Source: Chrysomallon squamiferum
Taxonomy: Eukaryota; Animalia; Mollusca
Assembly: GCA_012295275.1 (NCBI GenBank)
Contig: CM022665.1
Coordinates: 13,826,001 to 13,890,000, forward strand
Direction of reading: 5' to 3'
Length of the DNA stretch: 64,000 nt
Shown: positions 1 through 14,569 of the stretch, piece by piece
Position numbering within the stretch: the first letter of the stretch is position 1
Layout of the letters: the number at the start of each line of letters is the position of its first letter
Program-made: the position numbers and the translations under genes
Notes under the pieces: generated by a model
Database searches by the model: none
Told to the model about the DNA's origin: nothing
Seen by the model: the letters and a program-made list of their open reading frames with translations, nothing else

Positions 1-952
1 GTATAAATAAATAAATAAATAAATAAATTATTAGTTAAATGGTTTAATAAAAAGATTGGTTAAATAACTGTTACTGAAAATTAGACTGAACTGTGATAAC
101 TCATGTAACAAGATGAGGTATTCGAGTTTAATTTAAAACGAAATTATAATTACTCAAAAACAGACAGACTTGTTAAGAAAATCAATCAAAGAAACAAGTC
201 TTTACCACCCTTAGTTAAACTGAAATATGACTAGTCAAAAAAAGAATTCAACAACAAGAGACAGTTTCTTCAATAATTTCTTTGATTTCTCACAATCGTG
301 TACGACAAATTGAGGAAAGGCGCTCGGCGCGCGTCATCAATGGCGGAGCTTACGTAAGAAGAAAAATATGGGGTACCATCGCGCCATCTTTAAAGTTTTT
401 ATTGGCTCCGATGATTCAGGGAGAGGGCAATAGTTGTAAAAGTCGAGTTATTAAGCAAGACATGTGGCTTGTTCGTTCTGGGCACGGATACTCGGTAACT
501 AATTTACAGACCGCCCTGCAGTACAGTTTTATTACCACCACTTTGATCTTCAAGTCTCCCAAAGCGAGTTATCACCTCTTATCTCTACAGAGGCGTGTAA
601 TCTTATGGCACTTATACCCGAGCATTTTGTTTATATAATTATATCTTTGTAATCTTTTATTATTATTTTTTTTTTATTATTATTTTTCTTCGTGATATCA
701 AGTTTTTGGGTAGTTTTATAATTAATAAATTTAAGTTTTTTCAAAATTGGTATACTGAAAAAGAAAAAGAGAAGATCTTGTTTATGTACGAAGTCGTTGA
801 ATGTGACTTTTTTTTTTTTTTTTTTTTGTATGATATTTATGCATAAAGATGTTTGTGAATGTTTTTAAAAACAAATATACTTTTAAGTACTTTTTTACCT
901 TAAGCATAATGAATAAATATAACACTCATAATAGACGTAATAAGACAAATTC

Positions 953-955
<3 letters not shown>

Positions 956-1030
<75 letters not shown>

Positions 1031-1089
1031 TGCGTTAAACCAAATAAACATTATTTTTATATGGACGAATATTTCGAAACCAAGCCATT
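956..1089 (+). repeat. (GA)n microsatellite plus 58-bp unit, copy A
   Basis: GCGTTAAACCAAATAAAC...GAAACCAAGCCATT (1032-1089) follows (GA)n and is repeated at 7472-7529. Confidence 0.9.
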
Positions 1090-2537
1090 TTTTTAAAGAT
1101 TTTTGTTCCAACATGAAACTTGCTGAATTTTCTTTTACGTATAAATAAACATCTAATTATTAATTTTGTTTTCACCGGAATTTTATAATTCACATGTAGA
1201 TGTGGGACGTTTAGTATTTTAATAATAGCAGTGAGGGTCACAAGAACAACGACAGACTAACAACAACAAAACAAATGATGATTAATAACAACAACGACAC
1301 TAATAATAATAACAACAGCAACAATAACAATAATTTAATTAAGAATAGAATATTAATACGCAGGATTAAATAGAACAACAAAGAAAGATTTTTTTGAAGA
1401 TACAATTGTGTAGGGAATAAAGAAGCCTATTACAATGATGTTGGATAAGTAACTGAATATCATTGATTATTTAGTCATTTTAATTATTTAAACATTTGTA
1501 AAAAATAATAACAATAAATGTCATTTAAAAAATGCTGAAGAATGTGTAAAAAATAAATAAAACGAAATAAATAAATATTCACACAGAAAACTTTTGCTAA
1601 CGAATTTCAAAAGTCAATGAAATGTTTTCGAATATATGTATTTTTTCAGATACCAACTGTTTATATATTTATCTACATCTGGATAAATGTCTGTAATATG
1701 TAAATAAATTAATAAATGTAATAAAAACTGTATGCATGTTTCAGATTTTAAATTGATATACAATTGCGAAATTCGATCGTAATGCTGTGCCACTTTTAAA
1801 AGTATTTAAAATTGTTGTTTCGTATTTGAAATAAACACAACGATAATACACAGTGTATCTCCCAAATCAACAGTATAGCACGTGTATATAAAATTAGATT
1901 ATTAGGCTGATAGACAATACTGTGTTAGTATATCATATACACGTGTCATATGTGACCAGGTCATTAGATACGTAATTCTTTTTTCTACCTGTCACCAGCT
2001 TGTTTTATACTGTATGTATTAAATTTAACCAATATTGATATGTCACCTGTAATTTTGTGTGTTGGGTGTTTGTTTTTTGTTTTTTGTTGTTGTTTGTTAG
2101 ACTGTTTGTTTCTTTCTATATTTCTTTATATAAATTTATTTTCTTTTATACATACACGCATTTGTATTTATTTAAGTAAATTGTACAAATTTATTAATTC
2201 ACATCCACACACATATATATAATGATAATTTATTAATTTATTTATTATATATATGCAGACACACACGCAAACACGCGCGCCCTTATGTATATATATGATT
2301 TAAATAAATGTTTTTATTTTTTATATAAATTTCAATCGTTGTTGTTGTCGTAATTTATATTTCTGTACATATAACATTTTTATGTACATGAAAATACAAA
2401 TAGTTCTTTCTTACAACGTCATGATAATTGAATTGATGAAGACATTTGGAATATATTAATTATTAAAACAGAAAATCAAAGTCATTCTTAATGGTATTTC
2501 TAATCGTTTTTATTTATTTATTTACCTATTATCATTT

Positions 2538-2597
<60 letters not shown>

Positions 2598-3381
2598 TTA
2601 TAGTAAACCAATAATGATAAGATAACAATAAATTATTAAATAGTAAATAAATAAACTGAATAAGGGAACATAGTTATCAAAAAATAATCAAGCATATTTT
2701 CTGAATATCAAATCTCTATAAAGATACTTTAATTATTATTGTTATTGTTACTCATAATCATTATCATTATTACAACAGCACTGTAATGTCTATAAAATAG
2801 TATGATAAAACGCAAAATTAACGGAAAAGAAAGGATGAATAAAGAAATATTTATAAGAAAAATAAATGAAAGAAAGAAAATCAAAAAGAAATATAGTGAA
2901 CGAAAAAACAAAATTGAAAAAGAAAAATGAAAATGGAGAAAAAAAGTCAACGGAAAAAAAAAATAAAAATAAAAAAATAAAAAAATACTGTACCCAAATA
3001 AAAGGAAAGGAAAATGGAGAAATATAAAGAGATATAAAATATATTCATACCATTTTATGTAATTTTTATAAATCATAACGCAGATCTGTTCAGCACTACT
3101 ATATAGTTATTTTCATCTGTTCTTTGTATAGGAAAGATTAATTTGTAAATTTCATCTCTTAGACAGTATTATATTTAAAAAGTACCATTTTGTATATATA
3201 TATTTAATTAAACAAAATTCTTATATGTGTAAGTGGGCGTTCGAGATTGCCTATTTAAACTATAAAATATTGTTTATATAAAATTTCAGAGTATTAAAAT
3301 GTTTGTGTATATGTAAGAACGTACGTATGTATATATACGTTTGCATGTACCTATGCATGTACATATGTATGTATGTCTGTA

Positions 3382-3430
<49 letters not shown>

Positions 3431-4394
3431 ATCAGCACGTAAGTATCGTATCTTTGTTATTCAGATTTGACTGAGTATAAATGAAGTTCTCATGTTGACT
3501 GAATTGTGAACAATTATCCACTCTAATCTCTGAAATCAGACAAAGTAAATCTAATTGTGACACAGATTACAATAAAGACGACATTCAAGTGGCAATCTCA
3601 ACCAGTCGCAGTGCTATTCATTTAACATAATAGTAACAAAACGATATGTTTTCGCACGTGTCTGCAAAGATATATTTTCAATTTAATCTATCAAGCTTCA
3701 TTAGCAGTGAAAGACGTGGTCCTCCATCGCTTTGCCCTTGTTTCGCTTTTAAACACAATAGAACGAACCGCAGCCCGAAATTCTATCGTTTTGGTGCGAG
3801 TCTGTTTGTGTGTTTGTAGTACAATATCATAAATTGGCGCCCGTTTGTGAAGAGAGTACTCAGGTAGGTAAGAGAGTGGCCTTCATTTCGCGAGACGAGT
3901 TTTTTTAAAACGTTTTTTTCTGATTCTTAAAGCCACACGGCGGTGGTTCTAGCTCTGTAGGCTTAATCCGCACAAAAGCTTATTAAACGAAGATAGTCGG
4001 CCTCTGAACAAACACGAGTGTCCACTTGAATGGCAGTTGCACATTATGGCGAGTAATTCCATTTGTGTGCTTGATCTTTTTATTCGCAGCAGTTGCACGT
4101 TGTGAGAGATAGCTGACGATAAAAGGGGAAAGAGAGTTGAGATTTCACGATTCGGGTCGGGTTGAGACATTCGCGCTGACACTTTTCTAACATATACACT
4201 AAAAGTTGGAGACGTGTTGGTCGCCTGTTTGAGATAACTACTGCGACGTATACATAGAAAAAAAAAAAAAAAAAAAAAAAAAAATTATCTCGCTATCTTC
4301 GTTCGTGTTCATTTAATTGTTTTTCTTCTTGTCTACACAGATCGTGCTGGTTCGGAACATTTCCTAATCGCCTTCTCAACCAACCAGTAACAAA

Positions 4395-4540
4395 CTCGGG
4401 ACCGCCCATCTTTGTCGGCTTGTTTCTGATTGGTCAAACGTATCCAAGTGGGCGGAACGAGTGATTAAAAAAAATCACATGGTTTTGCGTCTTCTTGAAT
4501 TACACGTTTGTAAACAAATGTAACCTCATTCAGTTAGACA
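4395..4540 (+). promoter_or_regulatory. Putative Brachyury proximal promoter
   Basis: GC boxes CCGCCC (4402) and GGGCGG (4450), reverse CCAAT (GATTGG, 4428), Fox-type GTAAACA (4510), Inr-like TCAGTT (4530-4535) about 80 nt upstream of the ATG. Confidence 0.5.
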
Positions 4541-4614
4541 TCTAGTCGCTGGCTGGCAGCTGTAAGTGAAACACGGCCACACTGGATCTAAACGAACTCA
4601 AATCTGCACCCCTC

Positions 4615-4850
4615 ATGTTAGATTCGGCACCGTCCTGCGACTTAGGTGACCACGGAGGCACCAGCCCCGACAACAGCATGAAGCAAGTGGACATCAACCA
4701 CCTCCTGAACGCGGTGGACAGTGAGATGACGGTGGGTAGCGAGAAGGGAGACCCCACGGAGAGACAGTTGTCTGTGAAACTTGAGGATAAAGAGCTGTGG
4801 GAAAAATTCAAGGAGTTTACCAATGAAATGATTGTCACAAAGAACGGAAG
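4615..4850 (+). CDS. Bra: Brachyury coding exon 1
   Basis: MLDSAP...[10 protein letters not shown]...[10 protein letters not shown](R); donor AG|GTAAGT at 4851. An alternative in-frame ATG lies at 4678. Confidence 0.93.
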
Positions 4851-5444
4851 GTAAGTGTCAAGTGACATTTGTCACAAGTGTGACACTTAACGTGATCTGT
4901 TATGTGTTGTAGTGTTGATACACAGAAGTGCTAAGTAGTTTTGGGGTTAAACAAATTATAGGTATTGATATGTCAGTTCACAGCATTCATATTTCATATG
5001 TATATATACATAATTATGGGTTATATGTCTTGACTCGCTACTACATTCTCGTACATCTCATAAAATAAGAAAATTGATTTGCTAAATACACCACAAATAA
5101 GTCTTTTGTTTTGAAACACTGGTTAAATATAATTAATATATGACACACATACATCTGATGACATGACAAATATTTTTCTGTACGCTTTATTACATAGGGA
5201 AATTAATTTTTCAAGATGCAGGTTCTGAAATGTATTTTTAGACAAAGAAATCCTTCCTCTGATGGATAATAAATTAATGTTTTTTTAATCTCGCTATATC
5301 TCGGGAATATTTTTATGATCCTTTTTTCAAAACTGATCTATACTAGATATCCCTCGAAACAATTTCTTTAAAATGGATTCAGTTCTTTTCGTGGCAAGTT
5401 ACGGATAAACACTATGAATTATTTAATGAAATTAACAATTGAAT

Positions 5445-5487
<43 letters not shown>

Positions 5488-7377
5488 GCTACTACTATTG
5501 TTATTGTTATTGCTATTGACATTACCTTGATTTTACAAGAAACATTCTAGAGCCTAAACCAGACAATTTTAATTTGTAATACGTAATTTTATTATTATTA
5601 CTATATTATTGTTAATTATCATGTGGGAAATTCTAATATTATATTGATATTAACTTGATTATACAAAAGCTACATCGTAGCAGATATTTTTATTTTTATA
5701 TAATAACTTATTTATTTTTAATAATTTGTTATAATTAATGAAATTGACGACTGAAATAAAACTATTACTACAAACACCCCCCCCCAAAAAAAAAACAGTG
5801 TAAAGATTAAACAAAATATTTAAAATTTCTTTTATAATATATAATTTATTAATTAATTTATTTTTTTTTTTTTTTTTTTTTTTTTATGCTTAGAATAAAT
5901 GAACATTTATCGAAAATGACAAACTGAAATACACTCTATTATTACTGAAATTATCAAGGATACAGTCTAGAATTCATAGGCGATATTTTTATTGCAGTGT
6001 CATTGGTCATGCGTTTTTTCTTTTATGTTGTGTTCGTAAAGCGATGAACATTGATAAGTATCACAGTGAGTCAACAAGAAAAAAGAAATGAGTTTATTTA
6101 CATCATGCATAAATAGTTTTACATTATAAACACTTCAAAAAGCAGTGGCAATTTTTAATAAATGGAAAACAGTCATGGGACTTTACTTTTATGGAATATA
6201 ATTATCTCATTTAAAAAAAAAATATAAATAGTATATAAACAATATATATTTTAGTTATATTTTTATATTTTAGAAAAGGTGCATTAATTTGTCTTCATCT
6301 TTTTCTTTCTTGTAATGAAAAATAATATTCATCAAGATGATGACGATGATAGCAATAATAATAATAATAATAATAGCAATAGCAATAACAATAATAATAA
6401 TAGAACTAGTAGTTTGTAGTAGTAGTACTACTAACCATTTATTATTAGAAAATCTTTATCCATATATGAATAAACATAAGTATAAAGATGAATATGAACA
6501 TGAACATGAACAAATATAAATATAAATATAAATTTTGAGTATAAACATGAATATAAATATGAATATGAATATAAATATAAACATAAATATGAACCTGAAT
6601 GTGAATGTGAATATAAATATAAATATAAATATAAATATAAATATAAATATAAATATAAATATAAATATAAATATGTATAGATACTGAAATTTTTGTCATA
6701 ATTTAGTGAACATTTATTTTGATGGCTATCCAAATGATCTGTTTCAGTACAATTTCAAAGATTACAAAGATATTTTTAAAATTATTATTTTACATTATAT
6801 TATTCTTATTATTGTTACAATTTTTCTTCCTTTTTTATTTTTTATTTTTAATTTTTAAATTTTTATTTATTTATTTTATTTTATTTTATTTTATTTTTAA
6901 CTAAATTAAATTTTTCATGAAAACAAATGAAAAACAGCTCGTGTTTGTAGAATACTGCCAAAAAGCCAATGACCGGGTCGACTGACCTATAACATGTCCA
7001 GCTGTCCACTGTGGACAACAGAATGTGTGCCCATCACAAACACGTAGTTAGAGGGATAAACTGTTCAAATCCTATGTCAAGAAGGTCAAGCGTATTTAGA
7101 AGAAAAAACAACAATAAAAAATTATTATAACCCCAAAATACTACATCACAGTTCTAAATGTGTGTATGTTATAACGGTCAGTGAATATATATATATATAT
7201 AGGTAGGTAGATAGATAAATAATCAATTGATACTTTAAAAATAAAACAACAACCCCAAAACCCCAAAGATATAGAAATTAATTAATTTACTAATAGTACT
7301 TGCGTTGTAACTTGTGACTGTTTTTATTTTGTTGTGTGTTGTACACTGGGTAGCATTTACACTGGTGGTATAGGTAG

Positions 7378-7474
<97 letters not shown>

Positions 7475-9027
7475 TTAAACCAAATAAACATTATTTTTAA
7501 ATGGACGAATATTTCGAAACCAAGCCATTGAGAGAGAGAATATAGATATATATAGAGAATATATATACATAGATAGACAGAATATATATAGATAAATATA
7601 TAGAGAGAATATATATAGATAAATAGACAGACAGATAATATATGCAGATAGATTGGTTTCATATAGATAAATATATAGATTGTTAACTAGAAAGACAGAC
7701 ACACGAACAGACCGATAGATATAAAGATATGTATTCCATCTAATTAAATTAATAAATAATTTTTATGGTTGTTTTTTTAAATTTAAATTGTAATATTTGT
7801 AAATTTGAATTAATTTATAAGTATATAAATGTGTTTTTAAAAATACATTACTGAAAAAGCTAAAAAATATTTAAAGATTTAGTAAAAATTATAAAAAGTT
7901 TAAAATTAATAAAATATGTATATTATGATAAATTCAGTCTAAAACTAACATCTGTCATAATCATGAAATTAATAATAAAGTTAGATTTTTAAATTGCAAA
8001 ACTAACAACAAAAGAATGTTTTTGATGATATTCGCAGAACTATTTTTTTTTAAAGTAATAAAATTTTAAAAAGAAAGGATATATAATGTAAAATATAGTG
8101 CAACAAGTATAACGACAGCATAAATAAATAATAAATAAATATAAAATAGATATAAGTGTGAATAATAAAACTTCAGCAATAATAGAAATTAATTAATTAA
8201 TGTAAGAAAACTCTTAATGTGGCATTTTAATTATTGAAATTCCGAAGTATAAAAGCTACGTTACTAAGATTCATATTCTTTAATGATTTAAATTCATGTA
8301 AGAGATACTCAGTATTTTTTTTTTTTTTATTCTGTTCAATTCAGAGCCATATTAAAAGCTTATATTAATTTACCTCTTTTGTTTTAATAATAAAAAAAAT
8401 TAAAACATTTAGTAGATATTTCACGAAATTTCAATAAATGCATTTCTGAAATCTATTAATATGTTGTATTCTAAATTAAACATGACTGAAACGAAATTAA
8501 AATGCAATAAATTATAAATTACGATAGTTCAAACTATGTGGATTGCATGATCTTAAATACCACGAAATTAAATTAAACTGCACTACACTAAATTAGAAGA
8601 ATAAATCACAATACATTACAAAATGGTTAAAATAAAATTGAAATAAAACATAGTAAATTAAATATCGTTGAAATTGTATTAAACTGGGGCACACTAAATT
8701 AAATATATCTCAAGGAATATAAACAATTAAGTGCAAAAAAAAACTTCGTTTATATATTTATTTAAACTCTTGGTCGAAACTGTTTATAAATAAAAAAAAT
8801 TCACACAGCTTGTCAATTCTGTTTACTGTAAGTAAACATAAAAATTATACAAAATGACTTTAATAACGTAAGTAACAAAAACTGGCATTTTCTTTTAAAA
8901 TATGAATACTGTATATATGTGTCTGTGTGTGTGTGTGTAAATTCAGAATGTATATTTTACATAAAAGTTTGACAAAAAATGTGTTAGATATTATATATGT
9001 GTGTGTATAAATGTATGTATATGCGTG

Positions 9028-9085
<58 letters not shown>

Positions 9086-9556
9086 CGTATATATGTATGC
9101 ATGTAGATATAGACATATACAGATATATACACACATACATACACACGCAGAAACACATTCGTACATAGTGTGTGTGTTTGTGTGTGTATGTGTATGTGTA
9201 TAAAATATAAATTTCAATATTTATAATTTATTTAGAATAACTATTTTACATAAAACATGCTACATAACTGTAAGTTACTTTGTTTTAAAATTAATAATGT
9301 ATACGTATACATTTTCCAGATTAGTTAAGAAAAGCGATTTATGCACAAAACAAGACAGATAATTATTTATACAAAAAGGTTTTAGCCATTTAATAATATA
9401 AATAATTATTTTCTGAAAACTGGTGTAATCTGTAGACTCATGATAATTGTTTTAGCTGTTGTGAAAAATATTTCAAGAACTGTATAAAAAATGAAAGAAA
9501 AACTATAGCAGTAATTTTAATAAATGTAATTTAATGTAACATTAGAAAGATAATTT

Positions 9557-9618
<62 letters not shown>

Positions 9619-9964
9619 TACTGTTAAATAACAGGAAGCTATTGCTCGAGTATCCATGTATTGTTTCCATTATTTGAAGTTTTTGTTCAAATATTTCTTA
9701 ACAATTAATATTTAATGCATTGCCAATCTAATTTTCTAAAAACCAAATTCATTTCAGAATTAATATAATTTTTAAATATTTAATTTCTTTTGGCGACATT
9801 TAAATTTATATTTATATATATTTTAAACATGCATTCTTTCCTTTCATTTTAAAAATAAGCATAAAATATATAACTGAAATAAAATACATTTAAAAGAAAA
9901 TATAATATTCAGTAAATATTATTTTACTGTTAAATTTAATCCGATATAAAGTAAATCATTTTTT

Positions 9965-10016
<52 letters not shown>

Positions 10017-10972
10017 TAATAATAAAATTTTATTTTTATCTCGGGAGGTTTTTAAACATTAACAAACATCCGTAGCTAAAATGATAATTTTCAGGAAACA
10101 AACAAGTAAATTACAGCAACTTTAATTATTCGTTTTGATATTAAACAAGTGTAAATAATAAGATTTATTGTAAATAATGTTAATTACAATGAATTTTATA
10201 CAGTGTGGTTCAATATTAATTATAATAATACTTCCATAATAATATAAAAATATGTTGTGAATAATTTATTTGTTTGTTTGTTTATTTGTTTTTAATACTT
10301 TAAAGCAGTTAAACAAACAAACAAACAAACAAACAAACAAACAATAAATAAATAAATAAAAACCTTTTAAATTTGTCTTCTTAAAAACATCACACCAACC
10401 GTAGTTAATATTCTCTGTATTAAATCACATTTAATTTTAAAAGATTCCATATTTTAAAAAATCTGTAAAATAAAAATTAAAACAGAGAATATATATATTT
10501 TTTTTTAAAAATCCGAAAATATTAAAAAAAATTTTTTTTTTAAATATATTTACAATAAATATTCATCGGTTGAAAAATAAAATTAATTTGAATTTACCTC
10601 AAATGTTAAATTTCAGCAGAAACATTTACCTTTTAAAATTTCGTTCACCAAACATCCGATATATTTTCCATGGACAATAAATGACGTCATTGTATTGTTT
10701 CGCGTCATTCTTTTGTTTAATGTAACGAGCACAAACAATCTGTGTCCGGATGTATGTATATGAATAGTTACGAGAAAGAAAATATATAGTCTGAATTGAT
10801 AATATATTTACATATATGAACAACAATCGACTGTTATTATTACCACTACTACTACCACCACTATTACAATTACTACTGCTACTACTACTGCTGCAGCTGA
10901 TGCTACTAACACTGCTACTACTGCTGTTACTGCTATTGCTGCTGCTGCTACTACTACTATTAATATTACTGC

Positions 10973-11020
<48 letters not shown>

Positions 11021-13978
11021 AGACGGATGTTTCCAGTGTTTCGGATTGGGATTATTGGCTTGGATCCTAATGCCATGTACACGATGTTGTTGGACTTTGT
11101 ACAAGTTGACAACCACCGGTGGAAGTACGTGAATGGGGATTGGGTCCCAGGGGGTAAGGCTGAACCGGCTGCCCCCAACTGTGTCTACATCCACCCAGAC
11201 TCTCCGAATTTTGGAGCCCATTGGATGAAGGAGATTATTACTTTCAGTAAAGTGAAACTGACAAACAAGCTGAATGGTGGCGGCCAGGTACATTTTTAAT
11301 ATTTTGTAATTTTTAATAACTTTTACTGCTATTATTATTATTATTATTAATGTTGGTTGAATGTTGACGAATCTACAACAAAAAACAACAACAAAAAAAA
11401 ACAACAACAAACAAACAAGAAAAACAAAGACGTGATGCACCGTCTGCGTACAATCCAATATATGTGTAACTTGGGTAGGTTACAACACTGTTTATTTTTT
11501 CATGGCATTATTAATCATTAATCTGTCGCAGTGGCATTGAATTTTTCTATTGACTGTTGAATTGTGTTGAATACTCATTTAGTCAGTATGTACATGAACA
11601 TGTTTGCCCCTAAGTGTATAGATACACACATGTATGAGAGACACAGAGAGAATAAGACACAGAGAGAGGATAAGATATGCGTGCGTTTATTTCCTGAAAA
11701 CATGAAAACTAAAGATTTGGAGACCTCATTGTCTAAATTAATTTATTATGTTTCTCTAATCCGAACAGTTTTAATCAAACTGAAGTAAATGAAAGTGTGC
11801 AGTGTATTTGTGTAGGAAATGATTAAGTGAAAAGTAACGAAGTCGTCTCTCTTGGACTCTTGAATTAATTTAACCCGTCTCCTTCATTATGTAAACTTAG
11901 TAAAGCAGAACGTATATATGTGTTTGTTATGTGCTCATGTGCGCGTGCAATGTGTCTCAGTGTTCATAAATATATTGTACATTTATTGTCCGTGTGTGTA
12001 TTTGCGTTTCTAAGTGTCTATTTTTACTTTGGGTATATTTGCATCTGCTTATGCGCATATGTGAAAAGAAAATAATTCGTAACATCAGCATAAAATATTA
12101 ATATAATTATTAATAAGTATACAAACATAAACATGATTTCGGAAGAAAATGTTTTTAACGTAACCAAGCTGCCTCGCAACTGAAATATACAAAAATTATT
12201 TATGAAGTAAATACAGAAATAAACATAAGTTTTATGTAGGGTTTGGTAATGATATGTACAGCGTTTTACGTGGTATCACACTAAGTACAAAATGTAGCAT
12301 TTCTTTTATTATTTTTTGTACTAACACGCAAAAACCCACAGAAATTAGAATCTCATTATTTTACTTAAATCTGTGTGGTTGTTTCGAAGGATGGATAGAA
12401 GAATGGAATCTGATTTGAGACTTTCTTAAAGTATGTTTTTCTTAAACAGTTTTATAATCACACTGAATACTTTTCTCTGTCGTCGTACAGGATGTCAGAC
12501 GTCTTATAGTTCTGTCATTACCGGTTTATAATCAACTGAAGAGAGTCGCTATAGATTTTTTTCATTACAAGCTGGTTCCGTTTAACACGCACTTCTCACA
12601 GAACAGGACGATACTTACCAAGCCTCTAGTGATCCAGACGCGAATAAATTGTAAAGTAATTGCGAATTATGCAAGAGTATTACCTATGAACTACTCTAAC
12701 CCCGAGGTTTCCAGAATCATTTTAACAACTGATGTTTTTAGTAATGTGTTTTGTTTCTTGAAAATTTCCCGTGATACCGAAATTTATGGAGTCTCTACCT
12801 GATTTTGGTTTATTTTAATCTTTTAAGAGAAATAAATTAACCGTAAGATGTATCTAGCATTTGTGTATTCATAAATATATATACCCAAAGCCACATACTT
12901 ACATACACATATAAACACATAGCTACATCCAGATGCACATACCCACATACAGTACATACATACATACATACATACATACATACATACGTACATACGTACA
13001 TACATACACAGGTACGTACGTATGTATTATGCTAGTACACATCAAACTAAATTTCTTAATTTTTGTCCTGCTGTTTCAAACACAGCATGTATCACTCAAG
13101 ACCAACGCCCATGAATATTTTATAAATGTCGTTTTCAAAGTAACAGCGAGTTGACAATCAAATTTTCATACCACAACAGCCCGTGTTTGTCGTCAGTGAT
13201 AAAAACTGCATCTTGAAAGAAAGCCTCGCTGCAATCAAGTGTATCACACGGTTATAGGAAAACCGCGTCCACTCGGCTTTCAAAGCGGACCTACCAGCTT
13301 CATAACACCGAAGAAAATTAACTCTTTAAAAACCGAGACTGGTTTCTTCAAACAATTTTTATGTACCACCTCGACAAATATAGGAGTATAAATTCCTTCA
13401 GAGGATCCGATTATACGTGCAATAACGAAGTGGCAAATAATGCGTTGGGGAAAAAAACTTAGTTAATATCATTTCTGTCTGATTCATAACAAAAACTTCA
13501 AACGGAGTATCTTATCTATAACGCCGTGGCTTTCTTGAGAACTCTATAAGGTAACTGAGCTTGTTTTTTTACTTCTATATTTTTTGTCTCGAAGGTGCGT
13601 GGTTTTATGACCCAGTGTAATATTGCCTGCCTATAACGGAGCTGTCTGCCTTCTACGACCACTTTATTACACACTGAGAAATAATGTCAGAATATCCCTC
13701 TTTGATGTCAAGTTAACTTGATCAATAAGAAGACCAAATATTCAAACAAAGCGAGCATTAGAAAAATGGATTGTATACATTTCTAGAACTCCGGCGCGCT
13801 CTCCTCTCTTATACCTTCAACTCGGTCTCACATAAGTTTTTTTTTTTTCTTCTTCTTCTTCCTTCTTTTCATTTTCTCCTACTTCAGTTTTTTTTTCTTT
13901 ATTTATTAATTTCTTTTTTTCTTTTCTTTAAAACTGATGTTTCTTTTTTTTCTGTCTTCGTCTTCTTCTTCTTTTCCT

Positions 13979-14020
<42 letters not shown>

Positions 14021-14512
14021 CTTTTTATTATTATCTTCATCATTTTTTTTACTTTTTAGTATTTTCTCCTTTTTTCAGTTTTGCTTTCTGTCTTTTTCAT
14101 ACTTCTTTTTAATTCTTTCGTTCTTTTATATTTCTCCACTCAGGTTTTTTAATATTTATTTATTTATTTATTTATTTATTATTATAACATTTTGTTTTCA
14201 TCCTATTTCCTTTTTAACTCCACCGTTTTATTTGTATTTTTAAATCTCCCGTTGATTTGTTTTCGTATACTTTTTATTTTGTATTATTATTATTATTTTG
14301 CTTCATTTTACTCCCTTCTTTCACTGCGGCTATTAGAAAAACGATTTATTATTTTATATTTTTTTTTTTCCATCTATTTTTATTTTTATTTTTCACATCT
14401 TTTCTTTTTCTGTCTTAGTTTGCCAAATCAAAATTAGTTTTAAAAATTCATTTTTATTTTTTTACAATGTTTGCAACGGTAAGGATTACTTTTCTATAAT
14501 TATTGAATACAC

Positions 14513-14569
<57 letters not shown>

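Noticed and set aside
282-638. 118-aa ORF
   Set aside because: Non-ATG start, no recognisable domain or exon structure; better explained as a GC-rich regulatory island.
4542-4868. Antisense 108-aa ORF over Bra exon 1 (likewise 10808..11458 over exon 2)
   Set aside because: Shadow frames of real coding exons, extended by repeats.
849-9217. Many ORFs with poly-ER, poly-YI, poly-SL or poly-YL tracts (also around 28072, 39911-40304, 47722, 52092)
   Set aside because: Translations of stop-free microsatellites.
10626-10826. 66-aa ORF 'conserved' at two loci
   Set aside because: The identity reflects recent DNA duplication and extends equally into non-ORF flanks; no domain similarity.
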